Assembly (NCBI GenBank): GCA_963833915.1
Contig: CAWHZO010000003.1
Coordinates: 43,592 to 107,591, forward strand
DNA from: an uncultured Actinomycetota bacterium
GTDB lineage: Bacteria; Actinomycetota; Actinomycetes; Mycobacteriales; Mycobacteriaceae
DNA length: 64,000 bases
Direction: 5' to 3'
Part shown: positions 37,260-46,808 of the stretch, piece after piece
Numbering within the stretch: the stretch's first letter is position 1
Layout: every line of letters begins with the position of its first letter
Notes under the pieces: generated by a model
What the model was told of the DNA's origin: nothing
Databases searched by the model: none
What the model saw: the letters and a program-made list of their open reading frames with translations, nothing else
Program-made: the position numbers and the translations under genes

Positions 37260-37879
37260 TATTCTGGCTCGATGACGTCGACAAATCGCCGATATGAGGC
37301 CGCGTCGTGACATCGGATCGCGTTGAGGGCTCCACATGCACGTAGCGCGACCATCACCCGGATGATCCGCACCCCCTCGCTCTGCCACCCCGTCTAATCA
37401 TCAGCGACCCTGATGTCAGAGCGGTCGGCAACGATGCGCCACGAAGCTCCGCCGACTACCCTCGAACCCCGACGTACCAGCCGGCGACGTCTCAAACGCG
37501 AAGCCGGCATCAAACCCGAGACGGTTCAATCCCCGGCCATCGCGATACTCCGCCGGGGCGGAGAGAGTCGTGATGAAGACTCTTGGTGGGCCTCGTGGTT
37601 GGGGGGCATCGCGCCCGTGCAGCAGCCGGTCAGGTGGGGCGCGCGATCGCGACCTGCGCCGCAGTCATCGGTCTCCCGCCTTGCGGGGCCACACGTCCTC
37701 GATCGAGGAGTGGGCCAATGGTAATCGGGGCATCGGGCGCGCCGGGCGGACCCTCTCTTGTCGCGCTTGGCGGGCCCGCCGGCTCTGTGTGACGATAGGC
37801 CCGGTCGCACTGTCCGGATCGCGGCGGTGCTGTGCGGGAAGGAAGCGCCACGCCGTCAGGTCGCCCTGAGCTCTCGAGC

Positions 37880-39076
37880 ATGGCGGACGACTATGCGCGG
37901 CACGCCCTCTCGCAGCGCGCCGCCTTCGAGGCGACCCACCCTGCCGTGATGGCCGCCGCGGGGCAGCTGGCGAACGAGCCGGTGCTCCGGGTGGCCGATC
38001 TGGGCGCCGCCGACGGCGTGAACTCCCACGGCCTCATCCGCGACCTCGTGGCGCAGCGAGCCGGCCGGCCGCTGATCTACGCGCTCGTCGATCTCCCGAC
38101 GAACGCGTGGGGCGTCGCCGCCGCGCATTTGCGGGACGCCTTCGGCCCGGCGGCGGACCAGGGCGCGATCGTCGTGATCCCTGTGCCGGGCGAGGTCGGC
38201 CCCGAGGTCGCCGACACGGGCACGGGCGCCCATTACGCCTCTCCGGAGGCCCACGGCGAGGCCTGCCGGCGAGCGCTCGATCGCGATCCGCCTCCGGCGA
38301 CGGTCGTTTCAATGGCCGGAATTCCACTTCACCAGGCGCCCGCCCTTCCACGGGGCACAGTGCACGTCGCGGTGACCGGGACGTGCATGCACTGGATCGC
38401 CGACGCCACCGGCCTGGCCTCGACCGGCTCAATCTTTCCCGGCTACCCGGACCACGTGGACGACGACGAGCGGCGCGCCTGGCGCCTCGCCGCGGAGCGG
38501 CAGTGGGAGCGACTGCTCGAGATGCGCGCGACGGAGCTGGCCCCGGGGGGATGGTTCATCGCCGCCATCCCGGCCTCCCTCGCTCCGTGCCCGGACAGGA
38601 CGGGGCTCTACCGCGAGATCGTCGGGGACATGAACCTGCTGCTCGCCGACTGGCGCCGCGCTGGCCGCATCGGCGGCGCCACCGTCGCCGCGGCCGTCGT
38701 TCCGGTCTGGTCGCGCACGCTCGACGAGCTCCGGGCTCCCTTCCAAGCGGGCGGCGGGCGCGTCGCCGGCCTCGAGCTCGAGGGCGCCGAGCTATTCCGT
38801 CTCGACAACCCCTACTGGCACGACGATCCCGCGGTGTTCGCGCGGGACTACGTCCAGAGCGTGACCGCATGGGGCGGCCCGCTCCTCCTCCGTGCCTTCG
38901 CGCGCGAGGGCGAGGAGCGTGCTGCCGGTCTCCTCGCCGAGTTCCTCGGAGAGCTCCAGGAGCGCGTCGCGGACGCTCCCGACCGCTATCGCTGGGACTA
39001 CGTCGAGGCCCTCGTCATCTGCCGGAAGGCGGACGAGGCGGGGCGAGGTCGCGCCCACGTCTCCTCGACAAATTGA
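37880..39076 (+). CDS. SAM-dependent methyltransferase, SABATH/Methyltransf_7-like
   Basis: MADDYARHALSQRAAFEATHP...RVADLGAADGVNS resembles the SYA.NS..Q and ADLGCS.G.N motifs of carboxyl methyltransferases. ATG 37880 within ORF 37832..39076. Confidence 0.65.
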   Translation: MADDYARHALSQRAAFEATHPAVMAAAGQLANEPVLRVADLGAADGVNSHGLIRDLVAQRAGRPLIYALVDLPTNAWGVAAAHLRDAFGPAADQGAIVVIPVPGEVGPEVADTGTGAHYASPEAHGEACRRALDRDPPPATVVSMAGIPLHQAPALPRGTVHVAVTGTCMHWIADATGLASTGSIFPGYPDHVDDDERRAWRLAAERQWERLLEMRATELAPGGWFIAAIPASLAPCPDRTGLYREIVGDMNLLLADWRRAGRIGGATVAAAVVPVWSRTLDELRAPFQAGGGRVAGLELEGAELFRLDNPYWHDDPAVFARDYVQSVTAWGGPLLLRAFAREGEERAAGLLAEFLGELQERVADAPDRYRWDYVEALVICRKADEAGRGRAHVSSTN

Positions 39077-39283
39077 CCGGCACGTCCTGGCGCGGAGCCT
39101 CTTCGGTGATCGGTCGGTTTCGTCGCGTAAGACGACGGCCGGCGTCATCGATCCACGGAAGCTCCATCTGCGCAGCCGGTCGTTGGAGCGGAATAAATCT
39201 TGCATTGGAGTTGTTGAACCCGTTGTGGCAGAGTGTTATTCGACGTCGTTAACTGCGGGCGGCGCGGTAGCGCTGGTGCGCGC

Positions 39284-40117
<834 letters not shown>

Positions 40118-40562
40118 TCAGCAGGAGTTATACGGCTGCGCGCGCGTACACCGCAAGAGACCTTAAGAAAACGGCACCCCGCGGTCGGCTCCGGGACACG
40201 CCGGACATTCGGTGCTGCCGGCGAGATGGTGCTGACGACGCTGGATGTCCAACCCGCCCTGATGTCCTACATGGTTCGACCCGGACCTTGGGTCCTTGAG
40301 GAGCTGATCGCTACCCTCGATGCCCCCTGAACCTTTCAAGGCAACGCCCGCAACCGGTTCTAACCCACATTGAAGCAACTCCGACCTGACGCCGACAGAA
40401 CGCGAGGAACCTCCCGGTCGTTTGATGATACCCCGAGACGGTACGCCCCCGGCAGCAGGTATAAACCAAAAGTTGTTGTGCCACAACAGATCTACATGTT
40501 CAGTATCCGTATGGCCGCCGCACCCCTACGGCAGACATAGACCCCTACAGGGAGAGGACAGC

Positions 40563-40746
40563 ATGGCTGCAAAGTTTGAAACCTTCAACGACAAGGACGG
40601 TAAGTACCACTTCCACCTCAAAGCCCCTAGCGGCGAGATCATCGTCGCCAGTCAGGGTTAGACGACGAAGGCGAATGCCCACAAAGGGATTGACGCGATC
40701 AAGAAGCACGCTGTCCGACGCAAAGGTGGAAGACCTCACGGGATAA
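40563..40746 (+). pseudogene. DUF1508 (YegP-like) gene with nonsense codon and frameshift
   Basis: MAAKFETFNDKDGKYHFHLKAPSGEIIVASQG then TAG (40659-40661) where the family has Tyr. It continues TTKANAHKGIDAIKKHA, then a +1 shift near 40713 restores SDAKVEDLTG-stop. Confidence 0.6.
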
Positions 40747-40894
40747 CGAGGTCCGACGACACATACGGACATGCGTCGAATCACAGCAACGGTTATCGCC
40801 GGCCTGTCCGTCGTCACGGCGGTTTGGCATCAGCGCCAGCGATATTCAACGGCTGAACGAGTGCAAGAACCAGGATGATTTCACCATTTCTATT

Positions 40895-41035
40895 GGTCGT
40901 CCCAAGGCACTCGACAAGTCGAAAGCCGCACTTGCACAGCGGATGCACGCTAGCGGTGAGCCGGCCAGCACAATTGCTGCGACTCTCGGCGTAAGCCGCG
41001 CCACTATCTATCGCCTGCTGGCAGGAGAACAGTGA
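40895..41035 (+). pseudogene. Resolvase C-terminal HTH fragment
   Basis: GRPKALDKSKAALAQRMHASGEPASTIAATLGVSRATIYRLLAGEQ-stop, read by hand. There is no catalytic domain or start codon upstream in frame. Confidence 0.55.
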
Positions 41036-41212
41036 TTGCTTTCCGGCGCTACGGCATCCCGTACAACTCGGGCTCGCTGCCGAAGCAGTTCGGCACCGTC
41101 GTGCGCAAGATCATCAAGCTGGCGTCGCCGCCGAAGGACCGCGACGTCAGTCGAAGCGCGCCGACGAGCGGTCGCCGCCTGAGTGCAGCGACCGGCTGCT
41201 AAATGGGGATCA

Positions 41213-41731
41213 TCACCCCAGCTCGTAGGACTCCTGCGACACTCGGAAGAAGTGCCCGGTGCTGGTGTCGGTGCATTTCATCGCCGATTGCTCGCTGCGG
41301 CAGCCGATCGCACCCGCATACGGTACTTGGGCGGAATCCAGCATCGGGCTGCCATCCCCGACCGTGCCTGGACTGTAGCCCACAATGGGCGCGTGGCCCC
41401 GGATGAGAAGGAAGGTGCTGGTGGCGTCAGCCCGGTCCGGCGGGGGCGGCTGCGGGGGCACCCAGCTGTGGTTAGCGATGTCGCACTGCACGAAGTTCTT
41501 TCTGAGCGAGTGTTGGTCGCCGGGAGGGTAGTTAACCAGGTTGCAGGAGATGTCTCCCGACGGCGATTGGAACTCCACGGAGAAGGGGCTGGCGTGCGAA
41601 CGTCCTGCGAAGCCGATCGTTGCCGCGGCGATTGCCGTGCACACCGCCGCGACGATTCCGATTTTGCCGCTTAACCGCGAAATAACCTGCCCGGAAAGGT
41701 GACTCGGGTTCTGGTCAGTTGTTGTCCGCAT
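41213..41731 (-). CDS. Secreted hypothetical protein
   Basis: ORF 41213..41761. ATG 41731 (MRTTTDQ). Signal-like segment IVAAVCTAIAAATIGFA, four or more Cys, and a PPQPPPP stretch. Confidence 0.5.
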   Translation of the reverse strand: MRTTTDQNPSHLSGQVISRLSGKIGIVAAVCTAIAAATIGFAGRSHASPFSVEFQSPSGDISCNLVNYPPGDQHSLRKNFVQCDIANHSWVPPQPPPPDRADATSTFLLIRGHAPIVGYSPGTVGDGSPMLDSAQVPYAGAIGCRSEQSAMKCTDTSTGHFFRVSQESYELG

Positions 41732-41918
41732 AAGGTTTATGCGACCACCGCAGGGCGCCACTCTGTAGCGACCAACGTGCCCAATCGGCGGGACGTGCGT
41801 CGCTTGGTTGAACTGCGACGAATAAACACCCTTTGTGTATAGCGCCGATCGGTTTCGCTTGCATTGCTAGATTGTCAAGCCGTAGTTACTCTACCCGTCC
41901 TGGATTGGCGTCACGCAC

Positions 41919-42400
41919 ATGTTCGTCGATGCGGGGGGTGGTGTCACGATTCACGATTCACGTCGCCGACGCCGGACCCGCCGGCGGCCCGCCGGTGCAC
42001 GGCTTCCCGGAAACTGGTGAAGCGGCACGAGCTGATCGGCCCGCTAGCCGCCGACGGCTACCGGGTGTTGTGTCCCGACCTGCGCGGCGCGGGCGCTGGA
42101 GCTCGGCGCCGCGCTTGCGCTACCTGAAAAACGAGATGGCCGACGACCTGGCTGCCGGATCGGTTGGGCGTCGGACCGGTGAAACTGGTGGCCCACGAGT
42201 GGGCGGGCCGGTCGCGTTCATCATGATGCTGCGTCACCCGGCGAAGGTGACCGGCTCTTCGGCGTCGATACCGCGGCGCCCTACGTGAATCGGGATTTTT
42301 CGAGCATCCGCAACTTCTGGCGGTTCTGGTACCAGATTCCGATGGCGCTGCCGTTTGGTCGCGTGGGGTTCAGTCACCGGACCCCGATCTTTTGTTGCCG
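41919..42400 (+). pseudogene. Alpha/beta hydrolase (epoxide hydrolase-like) with multiple frameshifts, 3'-truncated
   Basis: Pieces lie in three frames: MFVDAGG, HVADAGPAGGPPVHGFPE, RHELIGPLAADGYRVLCPDLRGAG, RYLKNEMADDLAA, GGPVAFIMMLRHPAKVTG and FSSIRNFWRFWYQIPMALP. A 7-bp tandem duplication sits at 41945-41958. Confidence 0.6.
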
Positions 42401-43338
42401 GGGCTGGTTATTGGGGCGGCGGGCGTCGTCGGCGGCGTTTCCACTGCCGAGGGGTGGTCAGGCTGGGCCCGTTGGTCGAGCGCTTCGGCGGTGACGCGGA
42501 CACGACGATCGGTCAGCCAAACTGTCAGCCAGATTCCGCAGGCAATGGTGACGATCAGGAAGCTGGGCGGGAAGTTGAACATCGCCGATCCAGCCAGTCC
42601 GATCCACACCGAGGTCACGCTGATGGCGGTGGCCACGGCCATCGCAAGAGCCGGCCGTGGCGTGAGCATGATGGCCGTCGCCGCGGGCGCGACGAGAAGC
42701 GCGAATAACAACAGCGTGCCCACGGCTTGCACGGCCATCGTCACCGCCAGCCCAAGCAGCACCATGAACAAGACCGACAGGAAACGCACGGGGACCCCGT
42801 TGGCTTCAGCGACAGGGGCATTAATGGAGCTGTACAACAACGGCCGGTAGGCCATTCCGACACATAGCGCAAGCACCAACAGCAGAGCCGCAAAGGTGAG
42901 GAGTTGGTCGGCAGAGATGGCAAGCAGGTTACCGAACAATACGTTGGTCATCGTGCTGGAGTTTTTCCTCGCCAGCGAGTTGAAGAAGAGGCCGACGCCG
43001 GTGGCGAAGGCCAAAGTCGTTCCGGTGGCGACGTCGCGCTCGGCGGCACGCGTGCCGAGCAACCCGATGACGACGGCCCCACCGACGCAAAACACGCCGA
43101 GCCCGAGCACTGGGGGCAGGCCCAGCAGAACAGCACCAGTAGCTCCTGGCAGCCCTATATGCGCGCAGGCATGCGCAGCGAAAGCGGTGCGCCGCACGAC
43201 AATGAAGTATCCGAGCAGGCCCGCCGCCAACGCCACGATCGTTCCGCCGACAAGCGCGTGGCGCATGAACGCAGACCCAAGGATCGGCCACCAGTCGCTT
43301 TGGTAACCAATAGGCATCGCCACGAAAGTTGTTGTCAC
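42370..43338 (-). CDS. Metal ABC transporter permease (ABC-3 / ZnuB-MntB family)
   Basis: 322 aa, polytopic, with typical ABC-3 helices. Its start overlaps the ATPase stop. Confidence 0.85.
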   Translation of the reverse strand: MTTTFVAMPIGYQSDWWPILGSAFMRHALVGGTIVALAAGLLGYFIVVRRTAFAAHACAHIGLPGATGAVLLGLPPVLGLGVFCVGGAVVIGLLGTRAAERDVATGTTLAFATGVGLFFNSLARKNSSTMTNVLFGNLLAISADQLLTFAALLLVLALCVGMAYRPLLYSSINAPVAEANGVPVRFLSVLFMVLLGLAVTMAVQAVGTLLLFALLVAPAATAIMLTPRPALAMAVATAISVTSVWIGLAGSAMFNFPPSFLIVTIACGIWLTVWLTDRRVRVTAEALDQRAQPDHPSAVETPPTTPAAPITSPGNKRSGSGD

Positions 43339-44120
43339 AGCGCAGTCCTCATAAACAACTCGCCGTGCGACGTGTGCATCACCCGGATGGGTGTGCCGTA
43401 CAGATCAGTCATCAGCACGTCATCGATCACCTCGGCAATCGGCGCGTGGTACGCGTGCGCGTTGAGCAGATAGATCGCGCTGTCTAGGAGGGGCAGCAGC
43501 GGATTGAGGTCATGGGCAACCACGAGGATGGTCATGCCCTGTTCGGCGTGCAACCGGGACAGCAGGAGAACCGTCTCGCGCTGGCTGCGCAGGTCCAGCG
43601 ACGCCAGCGGCTCGTCGAGGATCAACATGCGCGGCGAGGCCACCAGTGCCTCGGCGATAGCCACACGCTGCCGCAGCCCGCCAGATAGTGTCGCCAGTCG
43701 CTTGTTAGCGAAGCCACCGGCCCCGACGGCTTCCAACGTCTGCCGAACCTGGCGTCGTTGCGCGGCGGTGGCGCGCCGCAACGCCCAATGATGACCGGTC
43801 AAGCCCAGCAGTACGGCGTCGGCAGCGCGGATCGCTTCTCCGGCGCTGGCCGCGTAGTCCTGAGGGACGTAGCCGATGCGGTTGCCTGCGCCGGGTGGCC
43901 GGCCGAAGACTCGCAACTGTCCCGATGCAACGGGAATCAAACCGAGAATCATGTGCAGCAGCGTGGTCTTGCCTGACCCGTTGGCCCCGATGACCGCAAC
44001 AATGCCGCCGGCGGGCACTTCGAAGGTGGCCTGCGTCCAGATCAGACGCCCGCCACGCACCGCGCTGACGTCACTGAACTGCAGTGCGGTGCGTTGGTCG
44101 TGAATCTCAGGTAGCGACAC
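43335..44120 (-). CDS. Metal ABC transporter ATP-binding protein
   Basis: Walker A GANGSGKTT, signature LSGGLRQR and Walker B LILDEP. Confidence 0.9.
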   Translation of the reverse strand: MSLPEIHDQRTALQFSDVSAVRGGRLIWTQATFEVPAGGIVAVIGANGSGKTTLLHMILGLIPVASGQLRVFGRPPGAGNRIGYVPQDYAASAGEAIRAADAVLLGLTGHHWALRRATAAQRRQVRQTLEAVGAGGFANKRLATLSGGLRQRVAIAEALVASPRMLILDEPLASLDLRSQRETVLLLSRLHAEQGMTILVVAHDLNPLLPLLDSAIYLLNAHAYHAPIAEVIDDVLMTDLYGTPIRVMHTSHGELFMRTAL

Positions 44121-45081
44121 CGAGCGCCTTCGCGACCGCTGCCAGTTGGGTGTCCTGCCAGCCGACGAACGTGGTCGCGCCTTGCGGGACCGTTTCCGTC
44201 ACGGTCACGACTGGGACGCCGGCTCCCTCGGCGGCGGCGTGGATCTGGTCGGGGATTGAGCCCTCGGTCTGGGGGTTGTAGATCAGCACATCGATCTGAT
44301 GGCCGACCAGCGCATCAAGGAACGATTTGATGTCGGCCGGAGATGGATCGGACTCGCTGATCGCGGCCTGCTGATAGCCGTGCGGTGTTTTGTTGATCAG
44401 GCCCAGAGCATCGGCCATGTAGTTGAAGACTCCCTCCGTGGCGGCGTAGGACTTGCCCGCGGCGTGTGCCTTGATGATGTCGATTAGGTGGGTGTAGGGC
44501 TGCAGCGTTGTGCTGAACACCGAGCGCCGGCTGGTGAAGTAGGCCTGCATCCGCGGATCGATCTTGCTCAGCTCGGCGGTGACTGCGTCGGCGACGGCGG
44601 CGACCGCCGACGGGCTGTACCACAGGTGCGAGTTGGCTCCGTCGGCTATTTTCGTCACTTCGGCTGCGCTGACGACGGGTGCCACGGGCGCGCAAATTGC
44701 CGCCAGCTTTGATGCCCAGGGGTCGTAATCCGCGCCGTTGAGCACGATCAGTCTCGCGCCGGAAAACGACGCGGCGTCGCGTGGTGACGGTTCGTAGTCG
44801 TGTGGGTCCACTGACGAACTGACCAGCACCGTTTTGACCTGGGCGCATGCGCCGCCGAGCTGTGAGACGATGTCTCCCCACTGATCGACGCTGACGGCCA
44901 CGTCCGCTGGGGCGCCCGGACACGGTGGGGGCGCGGTACTAGCACCGGCCGCTGATGCAGCACCAGCGCTCGTGGTCGATCTCGATAGACTGCGCTGGCT
45001 CGACCCGCAGGCGACTAGTTCACAGGTCAGCGCCAGGACCACCGCTGCGGTGAGCCGAAGGTTGCGCCGGCAACGGGTCAT
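44107..45081 (-). CDS. Metal ABC transporter substrate-binding lipoprotein (ZnuA/TroA family)
   Basis: ATG 45081 (MTRCRRNLRLTAAVVLALTCELVACGS, lipobox LVAC). Cluster A-I SBP features (SVDPHDYEPSP). No His-rich loop was seen. Confidence 0.85.
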   Translation of the reverse strand: MTRCRRNLRLTAAVVLALTCELVACGSSQRSLSRSTTSAGAASAAGASTAPPPCPGAPADVAVSVDQWGDIVSQLGGACAQVKTVLVSSSVDPHDYEPSPRDAASFSGARLIVLNGADYDPWASKLAAICAPVAPVVSAAEVTKIADGANSHLWYSPSAVAAVADAVTAELSKIDPRMQAYFTSRRSVFSTTLQPYTHLIDIIKAHAAGKSYAATEGVFNYMADALGLINKTPHGYQQAAISESDPSPADIKSFLDALVGHQIDVLIYNPQTEGSIPDQIHAAAEGAGVPVVTVTETVPQGATTFVGWQDTQLAAVAKALGVAT

Positions 45082-45198
45082 GATGCAAACGATAATCGGT
45101 CCCAATAAGCCCGTCTATTCTGACGCGACGCGTACGCCTACGAGGCGCCACCGTCGGCCACTTTCAGGCCATCCGACAAGCCGCTGGCCGTAGCGGCG

Positions 45199-45627
45199 GT
45201 GGAATTTTTCGACCTGGCCTGCGGTATCGAGGATCCGACTTCCGCCGGTCGGCCCTGGCTCAACTGGGTCGCCGGGCTGATCGTCGGCACGCTGCTGCTG
45301 CTGTCGGGGATCTTGATGGCCACCACCTTGTTCCCCGACCTCAACGTCGTCACGGTCGCAGGCTACTTGGCTCTGGCCATGGTCATACTCGGCGTCGCCG
45401 CGGTGCCGGTGCTGCGTTGGTTGGTCCGCCGCCAACCCGCACCGCGGGCGCCACAATTCCCGGTGCGCCCCGTCGACCGCAACACCTGGCGGATGCCGCC
45501 CCTGGCATTGCTAGAGCCGGTCACCTGGTCGCCTGCGACCCGGCTCGGCATGATCGCCTTGCGCAGCTACTTGGTTATCGGCGCGCTGCTGATGGTGGTC
45601 AAAGCCGTCGAACTCGGCCGCGGATAG
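45199..45627 (+). CDS. Hypothetical membrane protein
   Basis: 142 aa with three hydrophobic segments. Divergent from the ABC operon. The start is uncertain. Confidence 0.45.
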   Translation: MEFFDLACGIEDPTSAGRPWLNWVAGLIVGTLLLLSGILMATTLFPDLNVVTVAGYLALAMVILGVAAVPVLRWLVRRQPAPRAPQFPVRPVDRNTWRMPPLALLEPVTWSPATRLGMIALRSYLVIGALLMVVKAVELGRG

Positions 45628-45948
45628 CATTTGCGAACTGTGGCAATGCTCTTCGGCTATCTCCTTCGACCAGACATCGGAGAGTTAGCCGTGGCGCCGG
45701 CGAAAACGTCTCGCTGAGCTCTCAGCCTGGGTTGTCGAACGCCTCCCCTTCGACGTCGAAGCGACAACAACCATCCGACCCGATGAAACCAGGCGTTGGC
45801 GAGCGTCAGCCCGCCCAACAGCACGATGATGGAAAGGATGATCACGGTGCCGACGACGACCGCTGTGTGACTGTAATGAGGCAGGTGTGCTGGCTCGACG
45901 GCCAGCCAGAGCCCAGCGCGCTACCACGCCGGACTAACGTGACCTGGT

Positions 45949-46755
45949 ATGACGAAGCGGACCAACGACTTCCAGAAGCTGATCAGGATGCTGACTCAGC
46001 TCCTGGGCGACAACGCCGTCGTCGAAGAATCGAAGATGCTCGCCGACCTGGTGTCCGGCGACCCACGCGAGGTCGACATCTACGCCGAAGGGACCTTCGC
46101 CGGACATACCGTCAACATCGGTATCGAGTGCCGCGACCACAAGCGCAGACAGGGTGTGGGATGGGTCGAGCAGATGCACTCCAAGCATGAGCGTCTACCG
46201 ACCAACTTGCTGATCCTCGTGTCGCCGCGCGGGTTCACCGCCCCAGCAATCACGAAGGCTAGTAGCTACGGCATCAAGACAATCGCGCTCACCCAGGCCG
46301 GCAGCGACCTCGCCACCGAGGTCCTGGCGAGTCTCGGCGTGACGGCGTGGGACATCACCGATGCAAGGTTGTCGGTGAGCGCGAACATCCCGACGGAATG
46401 GCTCGAACGCGACGCGCACGCGGTCGCCCAGGATGACGGCCAAATCCTCTTCTACAGCAGCGGCGGCAGTCAGTTGGTCACTTCCGAGACCTTCAACACG
46501 GCCGCGATGGGCCAACACCTCGCGGCTCACCCCGAGCTGGTCGTCGGTGAAGGAGAGACCGAATTCGACGTCGAGACAACGCCGATCAATGAGCCAGCGT
46601 TCAAGGGGGAGCGGCTGCACGCCTATTGGACGGCTGGCGGTGAGCCGCCCGTGTTGGTGCCGGTGGCGATGGCGGTCGTCCAGGGAACGGTCAAGGTCTT
46701 AACGCAAGCCGTCACCGTCAGCCCCACGGGCGACATCGTCTATGACCGCAAATAG
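45949..46755 (+). CDS. Restriction endonuclease-fold (Mrr_cat/PD-(D/E)XK-like) protein with unknown C-terminal domain
   Basis: The N-terminal ~110 aa include EVDIYAEG...NIGIECRDHKR...LLILVSPRGFTAPAITKA, the pattern of restriction-endonuclease-like folds. The C-terminal ~150 aa are unassigned. Confidence 0.55.
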   Translation: MTKRTNDFQKLIRMLTQLLGDNAVVEESKMLADLVSGDPREVDIYAEGTFAGHTVNIGIECRDHKRRQGVGWVEQMHSKHERLPTNLLILVSPRGFTAPAITKASSYGIKTIALTQAGSDLATEVLASLGVTAWDITDARLSVSANIPTEWLERDAHAVAQDDGQILFYSSGGSQLVTSETFNTAAMGQHLAAHPELVVGEGETEFDVETTPINEPAFKGERLHAYWTAGGEPPVLVPVAMAVVQGTVKVLTQAVTVSPTGDIVYDRK

Positions 46756-46808
46756 TCGTCGGTGAAGCCCCCAAGCAGGCGAACTTCCCGGTCCCGCCAC
46801 CGCCGTAA

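Noticed and set aside
37523-37534. ggttcaatcccc resembling a tRNA T-arm, considered as a tRNA fragment or att repeat
   Set aside because: The flanking bases cannot form a T-stem (gacgg versus cccgg). It also does not match the tRNA-Ala 3' end (ggttcgattcccc) beyond a few bases.
37260-37879. Riboswitch (for example a SAM class) or hidden gene in the long leader of the SABATH-like methyltransferase
   Set aside because: I could not recognise any conserved riboswitch core by eye, and the ORFs there (for example 37413..37724) lack motifs. It remains unassigned rather than called.
38107-39252. 381-aa Arg/Gly/Pro-rich ORF overlapping the methyltransferase gene in another frame
   Set aside because: Composition is typical of an off-frame reading of very GC-rich coding DNA. 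It has no motifs, and the in-frame methyltransferase has recognisable SAM-methyltransferase features.
45082-45198. Zur, IdeR or MntR operator in the promoter of the metal ABC operon
   Set aside because: Only weak partial symmetry (tgcaaacgataatcggt) was seen by eye, nothing close to known AT-rich Zur or IdeR palindromes. A PWM scan is needed.
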